Source: Myxococcota bacterium (lineage in GTDB: Bacteria; Myxococcota_A; UBA9042; PHBI01; JAWLBL01). From it: DNA of 64,000 nucleotides. This document shows positions 28,748 through 38,067 of this stretch, in pieces. The notes under the pieces are model-generated. The model worked only from the letters and a program-made list of their open reading frames with translations, did not search any database and was not told the origin of the DNA. The position numbers and the translations under genes are program-made. The DNA lies in contig JAWLBL010000003.1 of the NCBI GenBank assembly GCA_041687695.1, positions 55,660 through 119,659 of the forward strand. Reading direction: 5' to 3'. Positions within the stretch are counted from its first letter, which is position 1; each line of letters starts with the position of its first letter.

Positions 28748-29836
28748 ATGAGCGCGCAGACCGAAGACGATTGGTTCGGCGGCGAAGGCGGCTGGGAGGC
28801 CGAGGCCGGTGAGGCGGCCGCCTCCCAGGCGCCGGCGGGCTCGCCCCGTGGCCTGAAGATCGCGGCCGCGGTGCTGGCCGTGACCTCGATCGCGACGATC
28901 GCCCTGGGGTGGCGGCTGGGCGCGATCGACGCGCTGCTGGGCGGCGGCCAGGTGCAGGCGGCCCCGCGGCTGGCCCCGGCGGCGCCGCGGCCGGTGACGG
29001 TCTCCGAGATCCTGGCGCGGCGCGGGCACGCCCCGGTCGAGCAGCGGCTCGAGGAGCAGCTGGCCGGCCTGTGGACCCTGGAGCCCGTCGCCGCCGACGT
29101 GATCGTGCTGCCCGAGGTCGACGTCGCCGAAGCCGACACGCCGACCGCCGTCATCGCGGCCGAGGCCGACGCGCCGACCGCCGTCATCGCGGCCGAGCCC
29201 GCCGTCGTGGCGCCTGCGGCCCCGGCGCCGCGGCCCGCCCCGCAGGTCGCGGCGGCCCAGGCCCCCGCCGCGCCCGCGACCCGCGCCGTCGCCAAGCCGG
29301 CGCCCGCGGTGACGCCCGCTCCCGCGCGGGCGGCCGTCGCCGATCGGCCCGCCACGCCCGAGCCCAAGCGGGGCCCGGTCATCGCCCCGGGCGCGCCCGC
29401 GCCGGCGGCGCCCCCCAAGCCCGAGGCCGCCGCCAAGGCCGTCGCGCCAGCGCCCGAGGCGCCCGCCAAGCCGGCCGACCCGGGCGCGACCAGCGCCAAG
29501 CTGAAGCAGGCCCAGGCGCGCCTGGGCAGCGGCGACGCCAAGCGCGCGATCAAGGACTTCGAGGAGGTCCTGCGCGCCGAGCCGGGCAACCTGACGGCCC
29601 GCAAGGGGCTGGCGCAGGCGATGAGCCGGATCGGGCGGACCGGCGAGGCGGCGCGGCACCTCGAGGCCTACCTGGCGCGGCGGCCGGGCGACGCCGAGGG
29701 GCTGCTGATGGGCGCGGGGCTGGCCGAGGATCTGGGCAACCGCGGGCAGGCGCGGCGCTACTACGAGCAGTACCTGCAGCGGCACCCGACCGGGCGCTTC
29801 GCGGCGCAGGTGCAGCGCAAGCTCCAGCAGCTCTGA
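28748..29836 (+). CDS. Single-TM protein with Pro/Ala-rich linker and C-terminal TPR
   Basis: TM IAAAVLAVTSIATIALGW, an AP-rich linker, and TPRs ending ARRYYEQYLQRHPTGRFA. Confidence 0.8.
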   Translation: MSAQTEDDWFGGEGGWEAEAGEAAASQAPAGSPRGLKIAAAVLAVTSIATIALGWRLGAIDALLGGGQVQAAPRLAPAAPRPVTVSEILARRGHAPVEQRLEEQLAGLWTLEPVAADVIVLPEVDVAEADTPTAVIAAEADAPTAVIAAEPAVVAPAAPAPRPAPQVAAAQAPAAPATRAVAKPAPAVTPAPARAAVADRPATPEPKRGPVIAPGAPAPAAPPKPEAAAKAVAPAPEAPAKPADPGATSAKLKQAQARLGSGDAKRAIKDFEEVLRAEPGNLTARKGLAQAMSRIGRTGEAARHLEAYLARRPGDAEGLLMGAGLAEDLGNRGQARRYYEQYLQRHPTGRFAAQVQRKLQQL

Positions 29837-29848
29837 GGCCCTGAAGGA

Positions 29849-30172
29849 TCAGCGCGCCCCGTCGCGTTCGGCGCGGGTCATGACGACGAACCCGCCGGCT
29901 CGGGGCAGGACGACGGCGTCGTGGCGCCAGGCGACCGCGCGCAGGGCGGCTTCGGCGGTGATGCGCTGGAGGTAGAGGGTCACCTGGCCGCGCACGCCGG
30001 GGGTGACGACGACGCTGGTGCCGGCCTGCTCGGCCAAAAAGAGCAGGACGGTGCGCACGTCGGCGTCGCGGATGGCGAGATCGACCAGCGGGGCGCGGCG
30101 GGCGGCCAGGGCCGTCGAAGCGGTGGCGGCGAGCAGGGCCAGGGCGAGCCCGATGCTGAGAGCGCGGCGCAT
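29849..30172 (-). CDS. Small secreted stand-alone secretin N0/STN-like domain protein
   Basis: Signal peptide (ALA-A), then VDLAIRDADVRTVLLFLAEQAGTSVVVTPGVRGQVTLYL. Confidence 0.7.
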   Translation of the reverse strand: MRRALSIGLALALLAATASTALAARRAPLVDLAIRDADVRTVLLFLAEQAGTSVVVTPGVRGQVTLYLQRITAEAALRAVAWRHDAVVLPRAGGFVVMTRAERDGAR

Positions 30173-30204
30173 GGGGCCACGGTAGCCAGCGCTCGGCTGC
30201 GCGA

Positions 30205-31533
30205 TCAAGCGGCGAAGAAGCGCAGGTACAGGTAGCCCAGGGCGAAGACGGTCAGGAAGACGATGCCGACGCGGCTGAGGGCGAGCAGGCCGCGGCTGGG
30301 GCGCAGGGGGGCGGCGACCTCGGGGCCGGTGACGGCGCGGTGGTTGAGGATGGCCAGGACCGGGGCGGTCAAAAAGGACAGGGTGGTGGCGAGATCGACG
30401 AAGGCCTTCAGCTCGGTCAGCAGCAGGCCCAGGATGGCCAGGGCGCCGGCGCTGACGACGACCAGGGAGATCCAGTAGACCGGGCGCCTGGCGGCGTCGT
30501 CGGGGGCGCCCGGGGACTCCGGGCCGCTCAGGCGCTCGACGAGGGCGGTCAGGGCGCGGGGCCAGCCGTCGAGGACGGTGAGGGTGGTCGAGAGCATGAC
30601 GACCAGGGCGGAGGCGGCGATGAGCGGGCCGCTCCAGGCGCCGAGGGTCTGGGTGTAGAGGCTGACGACCTGGTTGGCGAAGGCGGGGGCGCTGTCGGCC
30701 AGGGTGACGCCGGGGCCGTGCATGACGGCGGCGCCGAGCAGGACGAAGCAGACGGCGAGGAGGGCGGCGCCGAAGTAGCCGATGTCGAAGTCGAGGCGGG
30801 CCTGGCGGACCGTCGGGGCGTGGCCCGAGTCGCGGCGGCGGGCCAGGGTCCACAGGGAGTGCCAGACCGAGATGTCGATGGCCGAGGGCATCCAGCCGAC
30901 CAGGGCGGCGATGAAGAAGACGGTGGCCGGGTTCCAGGCGTCGGGCGGGGGCCACAGGGGCAGGGCGCTCCAGTCGAGGCGCGGCAGGGCCAGGGCGGTG
31001 GCGGCCAGGGTCGAGACGGTCAGGACGACGACGACGACCTTCATGACGCGGTCGAGCCAGCGGTAGTGGCCGATGGCGAGCAGGGCCGCGCAGGCGGCGG
31101 TGATGGCGGCCGAGACGGGGACGAGCAGGTCGGCGCCGAGGCCCAGCAGGTTCAAGGTCAGGGCGGCGGTCACGACGGTGACGGCGGCCTGGACCGAGAG
31201 CATGGTGCCGACGGTGACCAGGGCGTACAGGGCGAGCGCCCAGCGGCCCTGGCGGCGGTAGCCCTCGACCAGGCTGGTGCCGGTGGCGGCGGCGTAGTGC
31301 GGGCCGAAGGCGAAGGCCGGGTACTTGAGGACGTTGGCGACGACGACGAAGGCCAGCAGCCCCAGGCCGTAGGAGGCGCCGGCGCGGGTGGACTGCACGA
31401 GGTGCGAGACGCCGACCGCGGCCCCGGCGAAGAGCAGGCCCGGTCCGAGGGCCTTCCAGAAGGCGTCACGGTCGGCGGGGCGCGAAGAGGCGGGGCGCGA
31501 TGGGGCGGGGCGCGGGTCGATTCTGGGGGGCAT
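30205..31533 (-). CDS. NRAMP/MntH-like divalent cation transporter
   Basis: ALGPGLLFAGAAVGVSHLVQSTRAGA, LKYPAF, GWMPSAIDISVWHSLW and many TMs. Confidence 0.85.
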   Translation of the reverse strand: MPPRIDPRPAPSRPASSRPADRDAFWKALGPGLLFAGAAVGVSHLVQSTRAGASYGLGLLAFVVVANVLKYPAFAFGPHYAAATGTSLVEGYRRQGRWALALYALVTVGTMLSVQAAVTVVTAALTLNLLGLGADLLVPVSAAITAACAALLAIGHYRWLDRVMKVVVVVLTVSTLAATALALPRLDWSALPLWPPPDAWNPATVFFIAALVGWMPSAIDISVWHSLWTLARRRDSGHAPTVRQARLDFDIGYFGAALLAVCFVLLGAAVMHGPGVTLADSAPAFANQVVSLYTQTLGAWSGPLIAASALVVMLSTTLTVLDGWPRALTALVERLSGPESPGAPDDAARRPVYWISLVVVSAGALAILGLLLTELKAFVDLATTLSFLTAPVLAILNHRAVTGPEVAAPLRPSRGLLALSRVGIVFLTVFALGYLYLRFFAA

Positions 31534-31689
31534 GGCGGCCATCGTACGCCGGTCCGCGGGGGCCGCAAGGGCACGCCTGCGGGGCGGCCTAGAGGGGCGG
31601 TCGGCGAGGCGGCGGAACCGCGAAGTGGCGGCGCCGGCGCGCTCGTGCGAGCTTGGGCCGGCCCGACCCTGGCCCGAGAGAGAGACGCG

Positions 31690-32796
31690 ATGTCCAAGCC
31701 CTTCCCCGGCCCCGCGCTCGAAGACGCGCCGCTCGCCGACCGCACCACGCTGGGGGTCGGCGGTCCCGCGCGGTGGCTGGCCGCGGCGCACGGGCCGGCC
31801 GAGCTGACCGCCTGGCTGGCGTGGGCCCGAGCCCAGGGCGTCCCGACCCTGGTGCTGGGCGGCGGCAGCAACCTGCTGGTCTCGGACGCCGGCTTCGACG
31901 GGCTGGTGCTGTCGGTCGAGGACGACGCGCTCGACCTCGAGCGCGTGGGCGACGTAGTGGTCGCGCGCGTCGGCGCCGGGGTGGGCTGGGACGACCTGGT
32001 GGCGCGCGTGGTGGCCGAGGGGCTGGCCGGCCTCGAGTGCCTGAGCGGCATCCCGGGCCGGGTGGGGGCGGCGCCGATCCAGAACATCGGCGCCTATGGG
32101 CAGGAGGTCTGCGAGGTCGTGCAGGCGGTGCACGTCGTCGACCGCGCCACGGGCGAGCGGACGCGCATCGCGGCGGCCGAGTGCGGCTTCGGCTATCGCT
32201 GGAGCGCCTTCAAGGGGGCCTGGAAGGACCGCTTCGTGGTGGCGCAGGTCGACCTCGCGCTGCGGCCGGGCGGGGCGCCGGCGCTGCGCTATCCCGAGCT
32301 GCAGCGCGCCCTGGGGTGGGCCGAAGGCGCCGCGTCGCCGCCGCTGGGCGAGGTCCGCGCGGCGGTGATCGGCGTCCGGCGCGGCAAGTCGATGGTGCTC
32401 GACCCGGCCGACGACAACCGCCGCAGCGCCGGCTCCTTCTTCATGAACCCCATCGTGACGCTGGCGCAGGCCGAGGCGGTGCGCCGCGCGGTCGCCGAGG
32501 CGGGGCTGGACCCGGCGACCCTGCCCGCCTACCCGTGCGATCCGGGCGAGGTGAAGCTGTCGGCGGCGTGGCTCATCGAACGCGCCGGGTTCCCCCGTGG
32601 CTTCACGCACGGTCCGGCGGGGCTGTCGACCAGGCACACGCTGGCCCTGGTCAACCGCGGGCAGGCGCGGGCGGCGGATCTGGTCGCCCTGGCGGCGCTC
32701 ATCCGCGCGGGGGTGCGCGAGCGCTTCGGCGTCACGCTGCACCCCGAGCCGGTCTTCGTCGGGTTCGACCGCGAGGTCGACGCCCTGCTGGGCTGA
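31690..32796 (+). CDS. murB: UDP-N-acetylenolpyruvoylglucosamine reductase
   Basis: LGGGSNLL, GIPGRVGAAPIQNIGAYGQE, FGYRWS, SAGSFFMNP, HTLALVN and LHPEP. Confidence 0.96.
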   Translation: MSKPFPGPALEDAPLADRTTLGVGGPARWLAAAHGPAELTAWLAWARAQGVPTLVLGGGSNLLVSDAGFDGLVLSVEDDALDLERVGDVVVARVGAGVGWDDLVARVVAEGLAGLECLSGIPGRVGAAPIQNIGAYGQEVCEVVQAVHVVDRATGERTRIAAAECGFGYRWSAFKGAWKDRFVVAQVDLALRPGGAPALRYPELQRALGWAEGAASPPLGEVRAAVIGVRRGKSMVLDPADDNRRSAGSFFMNPIVTLAQAEAVRRAVAEAGLDPATLPAYPCDPGEVKLSAAWLIERAGFPRGFTHGPAGLSTRHTLALVNRGQARAADLVALAALIRAGVRERFGVTLHPEPVFVGFDREVDALLG

Positions 32797-33687
32797 TCAG
32801 AAGGACACGGCCGGCAGCGCGAACAGGGTCGCGTCGGGGGCGAGGCCGGCCAGCGGGTCGTGCCGCGGCGTCCGCGGGTCGTGCGCGCGCGGCTGCTCCC
32901 AGCGCTCGCGGGCGCGTCGGTTGTAGGCGCTGGTGGCGAGGGGGGCCGCGACCAGCCCGAACAGGCGCGCGGCGACGATGAGCGTCAAGCCGGTGGTGGC
33001 GCGTACGTCGCCGCCGTCGAAGTCGGTGAGTCCCTGCACCAGGAACAGGAAGCCCAGGGCGTAGCCGCCGAGCTCGGCCACGGCCAGGCCGTGGGCCTCG
33101 GCGTAGAAGAGGCCGCCCGTGGGCACGAAGAACTGGATGCCCAGGGCCAGCGCCACCGACTTCTGGTCCGGGGCCCAGGGGGCGACGGGGCGGGCCATCA
33201 GCACGTCGGAGGTGGTGGGGCGGGGCGCGACGGCCGGCGGCGCGTCGCCGGCGGGCAGGGCGCGCAGCAGCCCCGGGACGGCGGCCTCGACGCTGGCGCG
33301 CAGGCCGCGCAGGTCGGCGGCGCGCAGGGTCTCGGTGCGGGTCGGGGCGCCGGCTGGGGCGCCGTAGAGCGCCAGCAGGGCGATGTAGCCCTGGCGGCCG
33401 CGGACCACGTTGGTCGTGAGCAGCCAGCGCGCGCCGGAGGCGGCCATCAGGTCGCGCCGGCAGGGGTCGTCGCAGTCGGAGGCGTCCTGGACCGAGGCGG
33501 CGGCGAACAGGGCGTCGAGCACGGCGCCGCGGATGGCGGCCTCGAAGCCGCGCCGCTCGAGGGGGGCGAGGCCGGCCTCGTCGACCAGGGGGGCGACGGC
33601 GACCGTGCGATCGGCCGGGGCCGCCCAGGCCGCGGGCGCGAGGCCGACGAGCAGGAGCACGAGCGAGGCGGTGAGGAGTCGGAGCAT
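32797..33687 (-). CDS. Secreted/membrane hypothetical protein
   Basis: Signal peptide (AWA-A), a CDDPC domain and C-terminal hydrophobic segments. Confidence 0.65.
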   Translation of the reverse strand: MLRLLTASLVLLLVGLAPAAWAAPADRTVAVAPLVDEAGLAPLERRGFEAAIRGAVLDALFAAASVQDASDCDDPCRRDLMAASGARWLLTTNVVRGRQGYIALLALYGAPAGAPTRTETLRAADLRGLRASVEAAVPGLLRALPAGDAPPAVAPRPTTSDVLMARPVAPWAPDQKSVALALGIQFFVPTGGLFYAEAHGLAVAELGGYALGFLFLVQGLTDFDGGDVRATTGLTLIVAARLFGLVAAPLATSAYNRRARERWEQPRAHDPRTPRHDPLAGLAPDATLFALPAVSF

Positions 33688-33845
33688 GAGGGGGGCGCCT
33701 TCGGGCGAATGGTCCTCGTTAGCATAGCTCGGCGCGGGCCTGAATTGACACCCTGCGCGGCCCCGACGCAGATTGTCGGCGAACCGCCGCGCCCGCCCTG
33801 CCGGGGCCACGAGCGCGCGACCGGTCGGGAGGCCCAGCGTTGACG

Positions 33846-36011
33846 ATGCCGATGACCCACCCCGCGTCGAGCCAGGACGGCTTCGCCACCCTGAACGCGC
33901 GCTACATCGATCTCACCATCCACCGCTGGGAGGTGCTGCTCGAGCTGCACATCGGCGAGCGCTGGGGCACCCTGGGCGGCGAGGACGGCGCGCCCACGGC
34001 CGAGCAGCTGGGCGCGAGCCTCGAGGAGGTCGACCGCGAGCTGGATCGGATTCGACGCGAAGGCCGCGCGGCCGGCCGGGCCTTCCCGCTCGACCAGGTC
34101 GTCGTCAGCTACGGCCTGGACCCCATCGAGACGCAGATCCTGCAGCTGGCCGTGATGCCGCACCTCGATCTGGCGTTCCGCTCGCGCATCGCCCGCTACA
34201 ACAACAACATCCTGTACGACTTCGTCGACGTCGACTTCATCCTCAACCTGCTCTTCCCCTCGCGCCACGAGCGCCTGCAGGCCCGCGCCTACTTCGCGGC
34301 CGACGCCCCGCTCATCGCCCAGCGCCTGCTCTCCTTCGCCCCCGCCAAGGACCCCAAGGGCACCGGCCTGCTCGCGCAGGAGCTGCGCCCCCCCGAGCGC
34401 CTGGCCGACTACCTCCTGTGCCGCCGCGCGCTCGACCCGGCGCTCAAGGCCTACGCCGAGCTGCTCGACCCGCCCACGCGCCTCGAGGAGGTCGCCCTGT
34501 CGCCCGACGATCGCGACGATCTGGTCGGCATCCTGCGCCACTTCGACGCGACCCTGAGCAAGCTCGGCCGCCACGAGCCCGGCCAGACCGGCCCCTTCCC
34601 GGTCGGCGAGGGGCTGGCCGTCGCCTTCGTCGGCCCGTCCGGCACCGGCAAGACCATGCTGGCCGAGGCGCTCTCCAATGCCCTGTCGCGCCCGCTCATC
34701 AAGGTCGACGCGGGCCGCCTCGCCAGCGTCTCGGACCGCTTCGGGCAGCTGGCCGAGGATCTGTTCAACGAGGCGCGGGTGCAGGGCGCGGTCCTGCTGT
34801 TCGACCGCTGCGAGCCGCTGCTGGCCAAGGGCAGCCCCAAGCTGCCGACCCTGCTCGCGCAGCTCGAGCGCTTCGGCGGCCTGGTCGTCCTGACGACCAA
34901 CCGGCCCGACGAGCTGGACACCGGCGTCGAGCGCTACGTCGCCTGGCAGCTCAACCTGGACATGCCCGGGGTCGACCAGCGCCTGCACATCTGGCAGGGG
35001 CACGTCCCGCCCGACGTGTCGTTGGCGGACGACGTGGACCTGGACGACATGGCGACCCGGTTCGAGATCACCGGCGGCCAGATCCGCAGCAGCTGGCTGG
35101 TCGCCCGCAAGCGCGCCCTGGCCTCGCGCGAGGCGCCCGGCGTGGTCACGCAGCCGATGCTCAAGGCCGCGGCCAGCGGGCAGCTGCGCGCGAACATGGA
35201 GGACTACTCGGTGCGCTCCAAGGTCAGCCTGACCCTGGACGACCTGATCCTGCCCGAAAAGGAGCTGGTCCTCATCCGCGAGGTGCTGGCCGCCTGCCAG
35301 AACCGCGTGTTCGTCATGAGCAAGTGGGGCTTCGGCAAGCGCCTGGTCACCGGCAAGGGCATCTGCGTGCTCTTCAAGGGCGACCCGGGCACCGGCAAGA
35401 CGCTGTGCGCCGAGATCCTGGCCTCCGAGCTGGGGATGAAGCTCTACCAGATCTCGATCCCGAAGATCGTCAGCAAGTACATCGGCGAGACCGAGAAGAA
35501 CATCGCCAAGATCTTCAGCACCGCGCGCGCCAACCACTCGATGCTGCTCTTCGACGAGGCCGACAGCCTCTTCACCAAGCGCGTGTCGGTCGAGAACGCC
35601 ATCGACCGCTTCTCGAACATGGAGACCAACCTGCTCCTGCAGGAGATCGAGCGCTTCGAGGGCATCACCATCCTGACGACCAACCTCGACAAGAACATCG
35701 ACGACGCCTTCGCGCGCCGCATCCAGTTCAAGATCGACTTCCCCTTCCCCGACCCGGACCACCGGACGCTCATCTGGAAGAGCCTGGTCCCCAAGGAGTG
35801 CCCCATCGAGCCGGGCGTGGACTTCGAGGAGCTGGGGTATTCGTTCGAGCTGTCGGGCGGCTTCATCAAGAACGCCGTGGTGCGCGCGGCGTACCGGGCG
35901 GCCTCGCGGGGCGACAAGATCACCTTCGCGGACATCGAGTTCGCCGCCGAGCAGGAGTGCAAGAGCGCGGGCAAGCTGTTCCGGGCGACCGGCGCGCGCG
36001 AGGAGTGGTAG
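33846..36011 (+). CDS. Double-AAA+ ATPase with N-terminal winged-helix-like region (Afp15/Pvc15-related type)
   Basis: Walker A GPSGTGKT and GDPGTGKT. Second module has VSKYIGETEKN, LLFDEADSLF, NMETNLLLQEIE and TTNLDKNIDDAFARRI. Confidence 0.9.
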   Translation: MPMTHPASSQDGFATLNARYIDLTIHRWEVLLELHIGERWGTLGGEDGAPTAEQLGASLEEVDRELDRIRREGRAAGRAFPLDQVVVSYGLDPIETQILQLAVMPHLDLAFRSRIARYNNNILYDFVDVDFILNLLFPSRHERLQARAYFAADAPLIAQRLLSFAPAKDPKGTGLLAQELRPPERLADYLLCRRALDPALKAYAELLDPPTRLEEVALSPDDRDDLVGILRHFDATLSKLGRHEPGQTGPFPVGEGLAVAFVGPSGTGKTMLAEALSNALSRPLIKVDAGRLASVSDRFGQLAEDLFNEARVQGAVLLFDRCEPLLAKGSPKLPTLLAQLERFGGLVVLTTNRPDELDTGVERYVAWQLNLDMPGVDQRLHIWQGHVPPDVSLADDVDLDDMATRFEITGGQIRSSWLVARKRALASREAPGVVTQPMLKAAASGQLRANMEDYSVRSKVSLTLDDLILPEKELVLIREVLAACQNRVFVMSKWGFGKRLVTGKGICVLFKGDPGTGKTLCAEILASELGMKLYQISIPKIVSKYIGETEKNIAKIFSTARANHSMLLFDEADSLFTKRVSVENAIDRFSNMETNLLLQEIERFEGITILTTNLDKNIDDAFARRIQFKIDFPFPDPDHRTLIWKSLVPKECPIEPGVDFEELGYSFELSGGFIKNAVVRAAYRAASRGDKITFADIEFAAEQECKSAGKLFRATGAREEW

Positions 36012-36150
36012 CCGCCCGCGCCGAGGCGCTTTGACGCCTTGGACGGGGTCCATAGGGTTGTCGTCGGGGGCTCCGCGCCGGCGGCCCGGGTGCGCCCGGG
36101 GCACAGGAGTCACGCGGAGTCATCCGAGCCGATGACACCGGAGATGACCC

Positions 36151-36963
36151 ATGGACACGCACCAGTTCCTGAGCGAAGTGCGCGACACGGCGCACCTCGG
36201 CTCGAAGGACGAGGCCGAGCGAGTGGTCTGCGCGACCCTGATGACGCTGGGTGAGCGCCTGTACGGCGGCGAGCCCAGGCACCTGGCGTCGCAGCTGCCG
36301 CACGAGCTGCAGCGCTTCATCGTGGGCGAGGGCAACGAGCCCAGCGGCCGCACGGGGCGGCCCATCCCCAGCCGACAGGCGCAGAGCGGTCAGCGTCGCC
36401 CCAGCGGCGAGCCGGGGCCCGGCCTGCGGCGGACCGGGCCGCTCGGGCCGGACACCAGCGACATCCACGTCGACCCGAAGCGCTCGCACGACCAGCGGCG
36501 CCTCGAGGAGGACCTGACCGGGGTGCCCGGGCGCATCGGGCCCGACCCGAACGAGCGCCGCCGGCGCGACATGCGCGCGCGCACCCACATCGCGGGCGGC
36601 GGCTCCGAGCAGCGCGCGTCGGGCGGCGGCGGGGGCCAGCCCATGAACGTCGACACCGAGCGGCGGGGGCGCGCCGGGGGCGGAGGCGGCCGCATGAGCG
36701 AGACGCAGCGCCGCGCCCAGGGCGAGATGGGGCACCCGAGCAGCAAGCTCAACCTGGACGAGTTCCTGGACTCGGTCGCGCGCCGCGAGGGGCGCGAGGA
36801 CGTCGGCCGCGAGGAGGTCGAGCGCCACGTCCGCGCGGTCTTCACGACCCTGGCGCACGCCGTGGCGCCGGGCGAGCTGCGCGACGTGCACTCGCAGCTG
36901 CCCAAGTCCTTCGACCGCCTGCTCGAAGGCTGGCCCGCGAGGCCGGGGCAGGAGCGGCAGTGA
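36151..36963 (+). CDS. DUF2267 family protein split by a long disordered insert
   Basis: N-part FLSEVR...LGERLYGGEPRHLASQLP. C-part LDEFLDSVARREG...RAVFTTL...GELRDVHSQLP. Confidence 0.8.
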   Translation: MDTHQFLSEVRDTAHLGSKDEAERVVCATLMTLGERLYGGEPRHLASQLPHELQRFIVGEGNEPSGRTGRPIPSRQAQSGQRRPSGEPGPGLRRTGPLGPDTSDIHVDPKRSHDQRRLEEDLTGVPGRIGPDPNERRRRDMRARTHIAGGGSEQRASGGGGGQPMNVDTERRGRAGGGGGRMSETQRRAQGEMGHPSSKLNLDEFLDSVARREGREDVGREEVERHVRAVFTTLAHAVAPGELRDVHSQLPKSFDRLLEGWPARPGQERQ

Positions 36964-37002
36964 GACCGAGCGGCCGCGAGCCTTCGTCCCGACGGGCGGG
37001 GG

Positions 37003-37917
37003 CTACGCGGCCGCCTTCACCGTGGCCTGGGGCCGCAGCCGGCGGCGCAGCAGCCCCACGATCGGCCAGCTGACCACCAGCCCGCCGACCATCGCCGCCA
37101 GGGCCGCCCCGAACACCGTCTTGACCATCAGGCCCGGCGCGTACCAGTAGGCGAAGGCCGCCGAGAAGACCCCCGAGCCGAACGCGATCCAGGTCAAGGC
37201 CGCGCCCCGCGGGCGTCGGCGCGCGTCGACGACCGCCGCGAACAGCGCCAGCAGGCCGGCGGCGATCATGAAGCCCTTGCCCGCCGGGGGCGCCTCGCGG
37301 ACCTCGACGTGGACGGGCCAGTCCACCGCGTCGGCGCGTTCGCTGCTGACGGCGAGCGCCGCGCCACGCCCCAGATCGGCCCGCACCGGCCAGACGATCT
37401 CCGTGTTGCGCACGGCCTTGGCGCCGCCGCGCCCGCCGACCAGCCGGTCGACCAGCTCGCCCTTGTGCTCGAAGTGCTGCGTGGCGCCCTCGGGGCCGGG
37501 TGTGTCGAGCGACACGGTCACCTGTGCCCGCTCGCCCGCGGGCTCGCCGTGCACGTACACGACGACCCGCTCGCGGGCCGCGCCGCGGGGCGGGACCGAC
37601 AGACGCGCGCTCGGCCCGCTCAGGTCACCGGCGGCGAGCCGCCCGCGGTCGCTCAACATGGCGGCCGGCCCCCAGGCCGCGACGGCGACCGCCGCCAGGG
37701 CCAGCGCCGCCGCCAGAAGGCGCCCCTTGTCGCGCGGCCGCCAGTGCTCGCGGACGGCCAACGCGCCGGAGACCAGCACCAGCCCGACCAGCAGCGGCCA
37801 GCCGAGCGCGGCGTCGGGCAGCCACCCGGCCCACCAGGCGACGCCCAGGCCGACCACCAGCGCGACGACCAGCAGCGGTCGAATCCACGACTCCCAGGCG
37901 CTCTCGAACGGATCCAT
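37003..37917 (-). CDS. Hypothetical membrane protein
   Basis: Three N-terminal and three C-terminal hydrophobic helices around a beta-rich loop. Confidence 0.7.
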   Translation of the reverse strand: MDPFESAWESWIRPLLVVALVVGLGVAWWAGWLPDAALGWPLLVGLVLVSGALAVREHWRPRDKGRLLAAALALAAVAVAAWGPAAMLSDRGRLAAGDLSGPSARLSVPPRGAARERVVVYVHGEPAGERAQVTVSLDTPGPEGATQHFEHKGELVDRLVGGRGGAKAVRNTEIVWPVRADLGRGAALAVSSERADAVDWPVHVEVREAPPAGKGFMIAAGLLALFAAVVDARRRPRGAALTWIAFGSGVFSAAFAYWYAPGLMVKTVFGAALAAMVGGLVVSWPIVGLLRRRLRPQATVKAAA

Positions 37918-38067
37918 CGGCCCTCGACACTGCGGGGATCGGGCGGGGCGCACGAACGGAGCCGAGCAACCCGGCGGCGCGTGCCGCCATTCCCACGGGC
38001 GCCGATGATTGACACGACCGGCCCCGGCTGGGTAGTCCGCTGACCTTCACCTCGAGAGGACACCAGC

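Noticed and set aside
28375..29604. 410-aa N-terminal extension of the flippase with a His-Gly run
   Set aside because: Mostly antisense to the TPR gene, and the HG run is the hexamer repeat. Flippase homology begins just after MTSAP.
33846..36011. Contractile injection system or prophage locus
   Set aside because: Only the ATPase is present. No structural genes are in the window.
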